Part shown: piece after piece, positions 8,996-16,848 of the stretch
Layout of the letters: every line of letters starts with the position of its first letter
Position numbering within the stretch: the stretch's first letter is position 1
Origin: a virus
Taxonomy: Duplodnaviria; Caudoviricetes
Length of the DNA: 32,222 bases
Virus record (IMG/VR): IMGVR_UViG_3300049436_000150
Span: 1 to 32,222 of that record
Direction: 5' to 3' (one strand)
The notes under the pieces: model-generated
Told to the model about the DNA's origin: nothing
Databases searched by the model: none
Seen by the model: only the letters and a program-made list of their open reading frames with translations
Position numbers and translations under genes: made by a program

Positions 8996-9336
8996 TCGGG
9001 CGGCTTGGGCGAGATGCCGACATGCCACGTTCCGTAGCGCTGGTAGAGCGCGATGTGGAACGTTCGCGTCACGCCGAACACGCCACCCGTGACGCGGAAA
9101 ACCGCCGCCGGCATCCGGATGCCCTCGACGCTGGTCGGCAGGTCGTAGCGACCAAGGGCCTCGAAAGGCACCAGAGGGTCTTGGGCCATGCGGCGCAGCC
9201 CCGCCGGCTTGGCCGCGATCGCCACGATCTTCCGCGCCGATGCGACGGTGACGAGTGAGATGGCGGCCTCGGACTCGGCGGTGTCACGCCCGAGTCGCGA
9301 CGCAAACGCGGTTCGTGCTGGCAGGTCGATGGGCAT
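8950..9336 (-). CDS. Hypothetical protein (128 aa), antisense to the surrounding block
   Basis: High GC3 in this frame and protein-like composition. Fills the gap between the + genes; 46-nt convergent overlap with 8594..8995. Confidence 0.6.
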   Translation of the reverse strand: MPIDLPARTAFASRLGRDTAESEAAISLVTVASARKIVAIAAKPAGLRRMAQDPLVPFEALGRYDLPTSVEGIRMPAAVFRVTGGVFGVTRTFHIALYQRYGTWHVGISPKPPDQSFLVCPPPPAPEV

Positions 9337-9398
9337 GTGGGTATTGTTTCCCGAACCCGTGGGGACTTCACGCCGAGCGCGGCGAGGGGGCGGGGAAC

Positions 9399-10049
9399 AT
9401 GTCGCAGACGTCCCTGATCGGGATCAAGCCTGAGATCGAGGCTGTCGGCACGCGCCAGAACGGCTGGCGTCCGCTGGTGCCGGGCGATCCGAACGCCACC
9501 AGCGGCAAGGGATTCGGGTACGCGCCGAGCACGCCCGCCAACACCGCGCTGCAGGCGTTTACCCGGCTCGGGAACGTGCCCAACCTGGCCCGCCTCACGC
9601 CCACGCTCAGCGGGGCCCTGGCGGCCAACCAGCTCTATTACACGCTGCTCGACCCCACGCACAACGTCAAGCTCAGCTACTACGGCCGGCACTCGAGCGT
9701 GCCCGTGGGCAAGGTGTTCAGCGTGCGGCACTGGCTGCTCCGCGAGCTGGATGCGATTCCGAACATCGTCGAATACCTCGGCGACGGGGCCTTCGACGTG
9801 ACCGGCACGCTGGTGGCCGGCGGACCGGCGGTGAGCACCGAGGCCTCGGTGCTGCTGCCCAGCGATCTGCGGTGGGCCACGCCCGTGGTGGCCAACGACA
9901 AGACGCCCGACCCGGGAGTCCGCATCGACTTCGACCAGACCGACGGCAAGCCGGTGGTGTGGATCGATGCGCTCGGGTACGCGGTGCTGGTGGCGCAGTT
10001 CGTCAACACCGACACCGAGGGGTGCGGTGCGATGGTCGCGCAGTTCTGA
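9399..10049 (+). CDS. Hypothetical protein (216 aa, MSQTSLIGIK...)
   Basis: ATG 9399 after a G-rich RBS; high GC3; preceded by TATTGT (9342-9347) and CGTGGGGAC (9358-9366). Confidence 0.8.
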   Translation: MSQTSLIGIKPEIEAVGTRQNGWRPLVPGDPNATSGKGFGYAPSTPANTALQAFTRLGNVPNLARLTPTLSGALAANQLYYTLLDPTHNVKLSYYGRHSSVPVGKVFSVRHWLLRELDAIPNIVEYLGDGAFDVTGTLVAGGPAVSTEASVLLPSDLRWATPVVANDKTPDPGVRIDFDQTDGKPVVWIDALGYAVLVAQFVNTDTEGCGAMVAQF

Positions 10050-10123
10050 GCCACGCCTCCCCTCCACCCCATTGGTAACCCGCGGTGCATGTTGCACCGG
10101 ATTTGGAAACCCCGGAGTCCCCC

Positions 10124-10729
10124 ATGAAAACCCGCACGATGCTGCTCGCCGCGATTGCCTTGTGTGCATCCATGATCGGTGCTCTCCCTGCCCGTGCCGA
10201 CGGGTACGCCGAGTTCTTCATCAACCCCGCCGGACAGGTCACGGGGAGCATCAACGGCTCGCCGCTCACCCTGCCCACCAGCTTCGCCATCGTCATGGGC
10301 TCGTTCGACGATCCCGAACATCCCGGCCAGACGCTGTTCAGCATGTACAGCTGCACGGCCACGCCCAACTCGTACTCCGACCTCTGGGTCGGCGGACGGG
10401 TGCTCACCACCGACTTCCACGGGTTCAGCGGCCTGGTCGGCTACTTCAGCACGATCAGCTACCCCGGCCCGGTCCCGCCCGAGCCCGTGCTCATGCGGCT
10501 GGTGATCGACGGCCACCCGATGATCGACTTCACGGGCGAGCCGGTGCGGGTGGATGTGGTGGGCGAGGACACGCGGGTGCGGCTCGGGCGGCCCCCGCCC
10601 CTGAGCTTCGACCTGTACACGTTTCTCGACGCTTGGTTTTCTGGTGCGTTGGAGGCGGACATCAACGCGGACGGCGTGCTGAGTGTGCAGGACCTCTTCG
10701 ACTTCCTGGCCGGCTGGTTCGGCCCCTGA
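10124..10729 (+). CDS. Secreted protein with C-terminal GC-type dockerin-like anchor (201 aa)
   Basis: Sec signal peptide MKTRTMLLAAIALCASMIGALPARA-D; C-terminus 'FDLYTFLDAWFSG..ADINADGVLSVQDLFDFLAGWFG' matches the Phycisphaerales GC-type dockerin repeat as I recall it. Confidence 0.8.
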   Translation: MKTRTMLLAAIALCASMIGALPARADGYAEFFINPAGQVTGSINGSPLTLPTSFAIVMGSFDDPEHPGQTLFSMYSCTATPNSYSDLWVGGRVLTTDFHGFSGLVGYFSTISYPGPVPPEPVLMRLVIDGHPMIDFTGEPVRVDVVGEDTRVRLGRPPPLSFDLYTFLDAWFSGALEADINADGVLSVQDLFDFLAGWFGP

Positions 10730-10734
10730 ACGAC

Positions 10735-10803
10735 TGCGGGCGCGTGTTGGATGCGGTGGGGGCTCATTACCCTCGCCACCCGGTTCGACTCCGGGGCCCG
10801 CTA
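10735..10803 (+). tRNA. Non-canonical tRNA-Met/fMet-like (anticodon CAU) or tRNA-like RNA; no encoded CCA
   Basis: Acceptor GCGGGC/GCCCGC with a terminal U-U mismatch and discriminator A; mini D-arm GCGU-GUUGG-AUGC; 8-bp anticodon stem ending GGG/CCC with loop CUCAUUA; canonical T-arm CCCGG-UUCGACU-CCGGG. Confidence 0.75.
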
Positions 10804-10806
10804 TTC

Positions 10807-11682
10807 ATGATCCGCTGCCTCATCGAGACCGAGAAGAAGGATTTCCGCGACCCGCTCTTTGCCGGTCCGCGGCGGGCGGCGTACGCGCACCTGTCGTGCT
10901 GGTATCCCTACCGCGGCGATCCCATCGCGCCCCTGGCCGAGCAGATCCCCGGGGTGTACGACCACCTCAAGGGCACGCCCCCGGACCTGCGGGCCTTGTA
11001 CCTGCCGTGGTTCGCCGAGTATGAGACCGCGGCCAAGGGCAACCCGCCGACGCCGGCACCGGACTGGACTAAGAAGCTCGACGACGCGATCCCACGCCGT
11101 CAGGCCGAGTACATCGCCCGCGAGCTGGCGGTGTTCGGGCTCATCCCAATCCTGTTCGACTTCGAGAACAACCTGATGGATGTCGGAGGTCGTATCAGGC
11201 CGCAGGCCGACCGCACGTCCTACCTGCGGCGGGCGTCGGCCCCGCTGGCCAAGGTGTTCGGCGAGCGGTCGTGCACGGGCTTCGTGCGGATCAAGAGCGA
11301 CGCCCGCGTGCTCGACGGCAACGGGGTGCCGGTGCAATCGGGCACGATCGACAACACCAGCGCCGTGCCGTCGATGAGCCGGTCGCGTGCGGAGTGGGGC
11401 CGACACCGACGCGATGTCCGCGCTTGCCGAGCGCCCGCGTGCACGCACCTGCCGCCGATCTGGACGGACAGCGGCAAAGTCATCCAGGACCCCGACGAGA
11501 TGCTCTCGCAGCTCTATGGGGCCATCCTGTTGGATTCGGCCGCCGGCGTGCGGACGTTCATCCTGGCCATGTACATGATCGAACGCAAGGGCCCGAGCGG
11601 GCGTGATCTCTGGGCCGAGGCGATGAAGACCGTGGACCGGGCGATCGCGGACGCCGAGGCGGCGATCGGGGAGGTGGGCTGA
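10807..11682 (+). CDS. Hypothetical protein (291 aa), alpha/beta; possibly glycoside-hydrolase-like barrel (weak)
   Basis: ATG 10807 in the frame of ORF 9967..11682 with high GC3. 'PILFDFEN' resembles a DxE catalytic strand. Confidence 0.7.
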   Translation: MIRCLIETEKKDFRDPLFAGPRRAAYAHLSCWYPYRGDPIAPLAEQIPGVYDHLKGTPPDLRALYLPWFAEYETAAKGNPPTPAPDWTKKLDDAIPRRQAEYIARELAVFGLIPILFDFENNLMDVGGRIRPQADRTSYLRRASAPLAKVFGERSCTGFVRIKSDARVLDGNGVPVQSGTIDNTSAVPSMSRSRAEWGRHRRDVRACRAPACTHLPPIWTDSGKVIQDPDEMLSQLYGAILLDSAAGVRTFILAMYMIERKGPSGRDLWAEAMKTVDRAIADAEAAIGEVG

Positions 11683-14088
11683 ATGAGCGTTGTCGCAACC
11701 ATCCTCGCGCTGCAGGGCGTGCTCGGGGCGTCCGTCAACCTCTCGGTGCTCCGGGCCTATCAGGGCTACGACGCCGGCACCAACATCTTCGACGACAAGC
11801 TCGGGGCTAGCAACGGCACGTGGGTCGGCTCGCCCTCCCTTCAGCAGACGCCCGGGTTCGGCGAGAACGAGACCCCTTCGTACCACGTCGACTTCGGGAC
11901 CAGCGGCAAGTACGGCGACCTGGGGGCCAGCGGCGCGGTCAAGGCGGCCATCGGCGGCAACGGGTTGACCGTGATCGTCGCGGTCCGGCACTCGGCCGTG
12001 ACCGACAACGACTACGTGCTCTCGTCGTTCAGTGGCTCAGGCACCAACGGCTTCTCGATCTGCTTCAACCAGACGGCCGGGGGGGCGAACAACGCCAACA
12101 ACGTGGCCGTGCGGATCGGCTCGTGGGACAACAGCGCCTATTACGCGGGCGCGTACGTCGATCCCGGATCGTCCACCTCGATCCAGCACGACGACGACGT
12201 GCACATCTGGGCCTTCTACATCAACCGCAACGGAGCCGGCACGCCGATCATCAAGATCTGGTGCGACGGGATGCCCAAGCCGGTCACCACCTCGACCGCC
12301 GGTTCCGTTCCCTCGTTCTCAACCGGCACCGACAAGATGGTGTGGGGATGCCTCTGCTTCAACACCACCATCGACTCGACGGCCTCCCGCGCTTTCGCAG
12401 GGAAGATGGCCCATCTGTACATGATCGAGGGCGAGCCGACGCAGGTGCAGCTCCGCGACGTCTGCCGCGCGATGTACTACACGGTCCGCGGCATTCCCGG
12501 CGTGATCCAGCACGGCAAGCCCTCAACCACCACCGCCATCAAGACCATCGCTGGATCCGTCGCCGCTGGTTATGGCGACCCAGTCCGCAAACTGCTCGAT
12601 CTCTCCCCCTCCGCGAATCACCCGATCAACGCCAACGCGACCACCAACCGGCACCCGACGCTGGAGAACTTCGACGGTATTCCGGTGCTGTGCTTCGACA
12701 ACTTCTTCGCGAACTACACCCAGTGGAGCGCCTCCAGCTACTACAAGCAGCAGACGCTCGACATGGGCACGATCACGGGCACAGGTGCGAATGGCGACGC
12801 GGTGAACTCCGCCGCGCCCGCGAAGGTGCTCCAGCAGTACCACATGGGCGTGCTCTTCGCGTGCCGGCCACAGTGCAACGCGGCCCGGGCCCGGAACGCC
12901 TATCTCTTCGCGGGTTACGACTCGGGCGGGACAAACTACGCGGCCCTCGCACTCAACGGCGACGAATGCACGAACGCCCGAGCCGGAAGCGTCAAGTTCG
13001 CCGCGAATCTCCCCAAGGCCCGCGTCGGTCCAGGCCTATGCGTGATGGGGTGGTCCACCGGCCAGACCGGCGACCCCAACTCGGCATCCGACGTGCTGAT
13101 GGTGACCAACCGCTGGCAGTCGGCCGCGGCCGGCGCGTGGAACAGCGGAACGGTGGCCTCGGCCATCACGAAGTGGTGGATCGGTGGAAAGCCCGACAGC
13201 GGAACTGCTGGCCAGGGCAACGACCACTATGCCGGATACGTCGATGAATGGATCGTGACCAAGTGCGGATTTACGCCGGCCGAGGCGACGGCCTTCGTCA
13301 ACTCCGCCTTCGCTTCCGCCGGAGAGATGGTCACGCCCGCCAACCACGTGCTCGTCGTCGGGGACTCGATCGCGTCGGGTACGTACAGCGCCAAGTGCCA
13401 GACCATGCTCGGCATCGGCGGGATCCCCGCGGCCGCGAGGCGCAACACGTCCTTCTGCAACGCCTCGATCGATTCGATGCGGGTCGACGACACCGTGGCC
13501 CCCTACGACCCCGGCGTCTCGATGGTGAACCGCGGGTCGCTCTTCTCTGACCTCTCCGGAACGTACACGCCGCCCGAGGGCGGCACCGCCTACAAGTGGA
13601 CGGACAACCGCGCCGCGAAGAACATCGCCGCCGTCGAGCTGGTCGTGAACGACGCGAACGACGGCGTCACACAGCCGGTGTGGGCAGGGTTGATCTACAC
13701 CGCCGGGGCCCAGAGCTCATCCAACGGCATCAATAACCCCGGCCAGATCGGGCTCATCGACACGCTCAAGCTGCTCGGCTGTGCCGGGAACATCTACTGG
13801 AACGAGGAAACCGACAACTCCGGAGGGCCGGGCGCGACGCCGAGGAATCTCGCTCTCCGGGCGCTGGTGGGATCGCAGATCAGGAAGCTGGTGATCCTGA
13901 CGCCGCTCGATCCGACCCTTGGCTACGAGGCCGACAACCTGCACCCGCTCCCGGCGAGCCAGATGATCTGGGGTAACGACTGGTGGAGGCAGGCGCTGCA
14001 GGGAGCCATCGGAGGGTCATCGGACAGTGATGCCGGAGGGCGAGGGCGGCGCACGGGCCGCACGAACAGGACGCAGAGGATCGCATGA
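11683..14088 (+). CDS. LamG/ConA-like lectin domains plus SGNH/GDSL esterase; candidate receptor-binding or tail-spike protein (801 aa)
   Basis: LamG-like 'DDDVHIWAFY...IWCDG...FAGKMAHL' and 'WIGG...YAGYVDEWIV'; SGNH blocks 'VVGDSI', 'VVND', 'DNLHP'; Arg-rich C-terminal tail. Confidence 0.7.
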   Translation: MSVVATILALQGVLGASVNLSVLRAYQGYDAGTNIFDDKLGASNGTWVGSPSLQQTPGFGENETPSYHVDFGTSGKYGDLGASGAVKAAIGGNGLTVIVAVRHSAVTDNDYVLSSFSGSGTNGFSICFNQTAGGANNANNVAVRIGSWDNSAYYAGAYVDPGSSTSIQHDDDVHIWAFYINRNGAGTPIIKIWCDGMPKPVTTSTAGSVPSFSTGTDKMVWGCLCFNTTIDSTASRAFAGKMAHLYMIEGEPTQVQLRDVCRAMYYTVRGIPGVIQHGKPSTTTAIKTIAGSVAAGYGDPVRKLLDLSPSANHPINANATTNRHPTLENFDGIPVLCFDNFFANYTQWSASSYYKQQTLDMGTITGTGANGDAVNSAAPAKVLQQYHMGVLFACRPQCNAARARNAYLFAGYDSGGTNYAALALNGDECTNARAGSVKFAANLPKARVGPGLCVMGWSTGQTGDPNSASDVLMVTNRWQSAAAGAWNSGTVASAITKWWIGGKPDSGTAGQGNDHYAGYVDEWIVTKCGFTPAEATAFVNSAFASAGEMVTPANHVLVVGDSIASGTYSAKCQTMLGIGGIPAAARRNTSFCNASIDSMRVDDTVAPYDPGVSMVNRGSLFSDLSGTYTPPEGGTAYKWTDNRAAKNIAAVELVVNDANDGVTQPVWAGLIYTAGAQSSSNGINNPGQIGLIDTLKLLGCAGNIYWNEETDNSGGPGATPRNLALRALVGSQIRKLVILTPLDPTLGYEADNLHPLPASQMIWGNDWWRQALQGAIGGSSDSDAGGRGRRTGRTNRTQRIA

Positions 14089-14528
14089 GTGACGGGGCGG
14101 GACCATCGGGGGGTGGGGGTGGGCAGTTCCAGCCCGGCAATCCGGGGGGACCGGGCGGTGCGCGTCCGAACGCCGGCCGCAAGCCGCTGGTCGTGAAGCA
14201 GGTGCTCGAGGACCTGCTCTTCGGCGAGATCGAGCCCAACGCGCCCACGTTCGAGAACCTGATCCTCAGGGCCCGCACCACCATCGCCGAGGCGATGGAT
14301 GCGAGGAACGCCGACGATAAGCCGACCGCCACCGCGGCCCGGACCGCGATCGAGGTCTGGCGGCTGGCGTTCGGACGACCCAAGCAGATGAGCCAGAACC
14401 CCAGCGTCACCTCGCACTCGAGGCTGGCGGGCACGCTCGACCAGCTCCGCCGCGATCACCTGCTGGCCCGCACCAGCGCCGTGCTGCTGCCCACGAACAC
14501 CACTCCCGACACCGATCCGGATGCGTGA
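14085..14528 (+). CDS. terS: Terminase small subunit
   Basis: 'GQFQPGNPGGPGGARPNAGRKP' motif typical of this TerS class; GTGA overlap with TerL. Confidence 0.7.
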   Translation: MSDGAGPSGGGGGQFQPGNPGGPGGARPNAGRKPLVVKQVLEDLLFGEIEPNAPTFENLILRARTTIAEAMDARNADDKPTATAARTAIEVWRLAFGRPKQMSQNPSVTSHSRLAGTLDQLRRDHLLARTSAVLLPTNTTPDTDPDA

Positions 14529-16537
14529 CCACGACCGACCCGGCAACGCCCGACCCGACCAGCGAGCCCGCGGCCCAGCCGAGGTTCCACGCGCTGTCGT
14601 ACCCGGATGACCTGTGGACCTGCCCGGTCACCGGCATCGCGGTCTGGAAAGACCCGGCCAAGAACCTCGACAAGCGCATCGAGATCCTGCTCGAGGCCGA
14701 GAGCGACCCGGAGTACCAGGCGGAGCTGATGTGGGCGTGCCGCCGCTCGTTCCTGCTGTGGGTCAACCTGTTCGGCTGGACGTACGTGCAGATCGAACAC
14801 ACCCAGGAGGGCAAGCGGGGCGTGCTTGGCGACGCGTACCGGCCCTTTGTCACCTGGCCGGTGCAGGACGACGCCGCCCTGACGCTGCTCGCATCGACCG
14901 GGCTCTCGTTCCCCGAGCTTGAGGCGGCCGTCGCGTCGGGTCGGCTCGATGAGATCGCCGCGGCGTTCGAGGTGGCGATCGACAAGTCGCGAGAGATGGG
15001 CGCGAGCTGGCTGGTGCTGGCCCTCATGCTGTGGCTGTGGCTGTTCTACCCGAACCTGTCGATGCTGCTGGCCAGCCGGCGGGCCGACGAGGTGGAGACC
15101 ACCGGCCGAGTCGACTCCGAGCCGGGAACGGGTTCGATCAGCGGCAACCCCGACACGCTGTTCTGGAAGCTCGATTGCCTGCTGCATTGGCTGCCCGAGT
15201 GGATGCGCCCGCCGTTCGTGCGGACCGACATGCACCTGCAGAACCTGGCCAATGGCTCGGTGATCGACGGCTCGACCACCAACGACGACGTGGGCCGCGG
15301 AGGACGGCGGCTGATCGTCGCGGTGGACGAGGCGGCCGCGGTGCACAACCTGCGTTCGATCCACAACTCCGCCAGCTACACGGCGGTGACGGTGTGGAAC
15401 ATCTCGACGCCCAAGGCCGGTTCGTGGTACTCCAACATCGTGCTCTCGGGCGGGCCGCGGGTGATCACGCTGGGCTGGTGGGACGACCCGCGTCGGGGCG
15501 GCTGGGGGCGGGAGTGGACCTGGGACCCCGAGTTCGGGCGCATGGTCGTCGACGGCCCATACCGCCAGCGGGAAAAGGACCGGCACAAGGACGATCCCCG
15601 CAAGGTCGCCGAGAACGTGGACATCAACCACGAGGCCGCCGGCCGGAACGTCTTCAACATCGTCAGCCTCCGCCGGCACGTCGACCTGTTCACAAGGCCG
15701 CCGCTGTGCGTGCTCCGCTTCGAGATCGAGGAGACCAACCCGATCCTGCGGCGGCAGATCCTCCGCAAGCGACAGCTCGACCGGATCGTCGTACGCGAGG
15801 CCCGGCCGGGCGAATGGGGCTGGCGGTGCTGGTTTCCGTTCGATCCCGATCGGCCCTCCCGGCTCCCGCAGGACCGCACGTACGTCATGCCCATGGACAT
15901 CAGCTACGGCCTGGGCGCCAGCAACAGCGTGACCGGGCTGGGCGATCGGCACACGCGGCGGATCATGGCCGAGCTGGCGACCGCCTCGCTCCCGCCCGAG
16001 CAGTTCGCCGAGCAGTGCCGCATCGCCGCGGTCTGGTTCGGCGGGTACCACAAAGAGCCGTTTGCGATCTGGGAGGCCAACGGGCCGGGCCAGCAGTTCG
16101 GGCGGACCATGCTCGATCTCGGCCAGGCGTGGTACTACTTCGATCAGAAAACCACCGGCGTCGCGGATGAGACCACCCAGCGGGTTGGGTGGGTCTCCAG
16201 CGACGAGAAGAAGATGGAGAGGCTGCTGGATCTGCGGGCGGCGTACGACGCGGGCCGGCTCACCAACCCGTCGAAGGAGGCGGTGCAGGAGGCGATGCGG
16301 TACATCCGCTACGAGGCGGGCTCGGGGTTCAGCTGCGGTCCCGACCGGCTCGAGCAGGAGGGCACCGAGGCCCGCAAGACGCACGGCGACCGCGTGATCA
16401 TGAACATGCTCATGGTCGAAGGCTTCAAGCGGGCCCCGGAGTACCAGCCGAAGTTCGCCGAGCCGCCGCCGGGCTCACCCGAGGCCGAGATCCGCGAGAT
16501 GCAGCGGGAGAGGAAACGGGGCGCAGGGAAGTGGTGA
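14525..16537 (+). CDS. terL: Terminase large subunit
   Basis: Walker A 'KSREMGASW', Walker B 'IVAVDEAA', motif III 'ISTP', nuclease 'MDISYGLGASNS', 'WEANGPG', 'HGDRVI'. Confidence 0.93.
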   Translation: MTTTDPATPDPTSEPAAQPRFHALSYPDDLWTCPVTGIAVWKDPAKNLDKRIEILLEAESDPEYQAELMWACRRSFLLWVNLFGWTYVQIEHTQEGKRGVLGDAYRPFVTWPVQDDAALTLLASTGLSFPELEAAVASGRLDEIAAAFEVAIDKSREMGASWLVLALMLWLWLFYPNLSMLLASRRADEVETTGRVDSEPGTGSISGNPDTLFWKLDCLLHWLPEWMRPPFVRTDMHLQNLANGSVIDGSTTNDDVGRGGRRLIVAVDEAAAVHNLRSIHNSASYTAVTVWNISTPKAGSWYSNIVLSGGPRVITLGWWDDPRRGGWGREWTWDPEFGRMVVDGPYRQREKDRHKDDPRKVAENVDINHEAAGRNVFNIVSLRRHVDLFTRPPLCVLRFEIEETNPILRRQILRKRQLDRIVVREARPGEWGWRCWFPFDPDRPSRLPQDRTYVMPMDISYGLGASNSVTGLGDRHTRRIMAELATASLPPEQFAEQCRIAAVWFGGYHKEPFAIWEANGPGQQFGRTMLDLGQAWYYFDQKTTGVADETTQRVGWVSSDEKKMERLLDLRAAYDAGRLTNPSKEAVQEAMRYIRYEAGSGFSCGPDRLEQEGTEARKTHGDRVIMNMLMVEGFKRAPEYQPKFAEPPPGSPEAEIREMQRERKRGAGKW

Positions 16538-16773
16538 GCTTATTCGATGAGCGTGCCGACGTGCTTGAAGATCCGAGCACTGGTTTCGGCACTTGGATCA
16601 ATGAGCACGTGGACGTGCAGGCAGCTCTCGCGCAAGCCGACCGTGTCCCTCGCCGTAAAGTGAGCGGCCATCCGGGGATGAAGAACAACCACCGCGACCG
16701 CGGCTCGACTCCCGCGCACGGCCTGTTCGACCTCATGAAACCAGATTGCCTCGAACTGGACTCGCGTGAGTGA
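16534..16773 (+). CDS. Small hypothetical protein (79 aa) between terL and portal
   Basis: GTGA overlap with the terL stop; fills the gap; lower GC than its neighbours. Confidence 0.45.
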   Translation: MSLFDERADVLEDPSTGFGTWINEHVDVQAALAQADRVPRRKVSGHPGMKNNHRDRGSTPAHGLFDLMKPDCLELDSRE

Positions 16774-16790
16774 GGCGTCAGTGCTCATGC

Positions 16791-16813
16791 TGGTATGATA
16801 CAAGCACGTGGGG
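16791..16813 (+). promoter_or_regulatory. Extended -10 promoter (TGgTATGAT) followed by CGTGGGG, upstream of portal
   Basis: TATGAT at 16794-16799; motif at 16807-16813. Confidence 0.55.
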
Positions 16814-16848
16814 CTTCCACCCGGAATGATCCGGGCACGGGGGCCGGG

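Noticed and set aside
9967-10806. 5' extension of ORF 9967..11682
   Set aside because: Overlaps the dockerin gene out of frame and the tRNA-like element; the likely start is ATG 10807.
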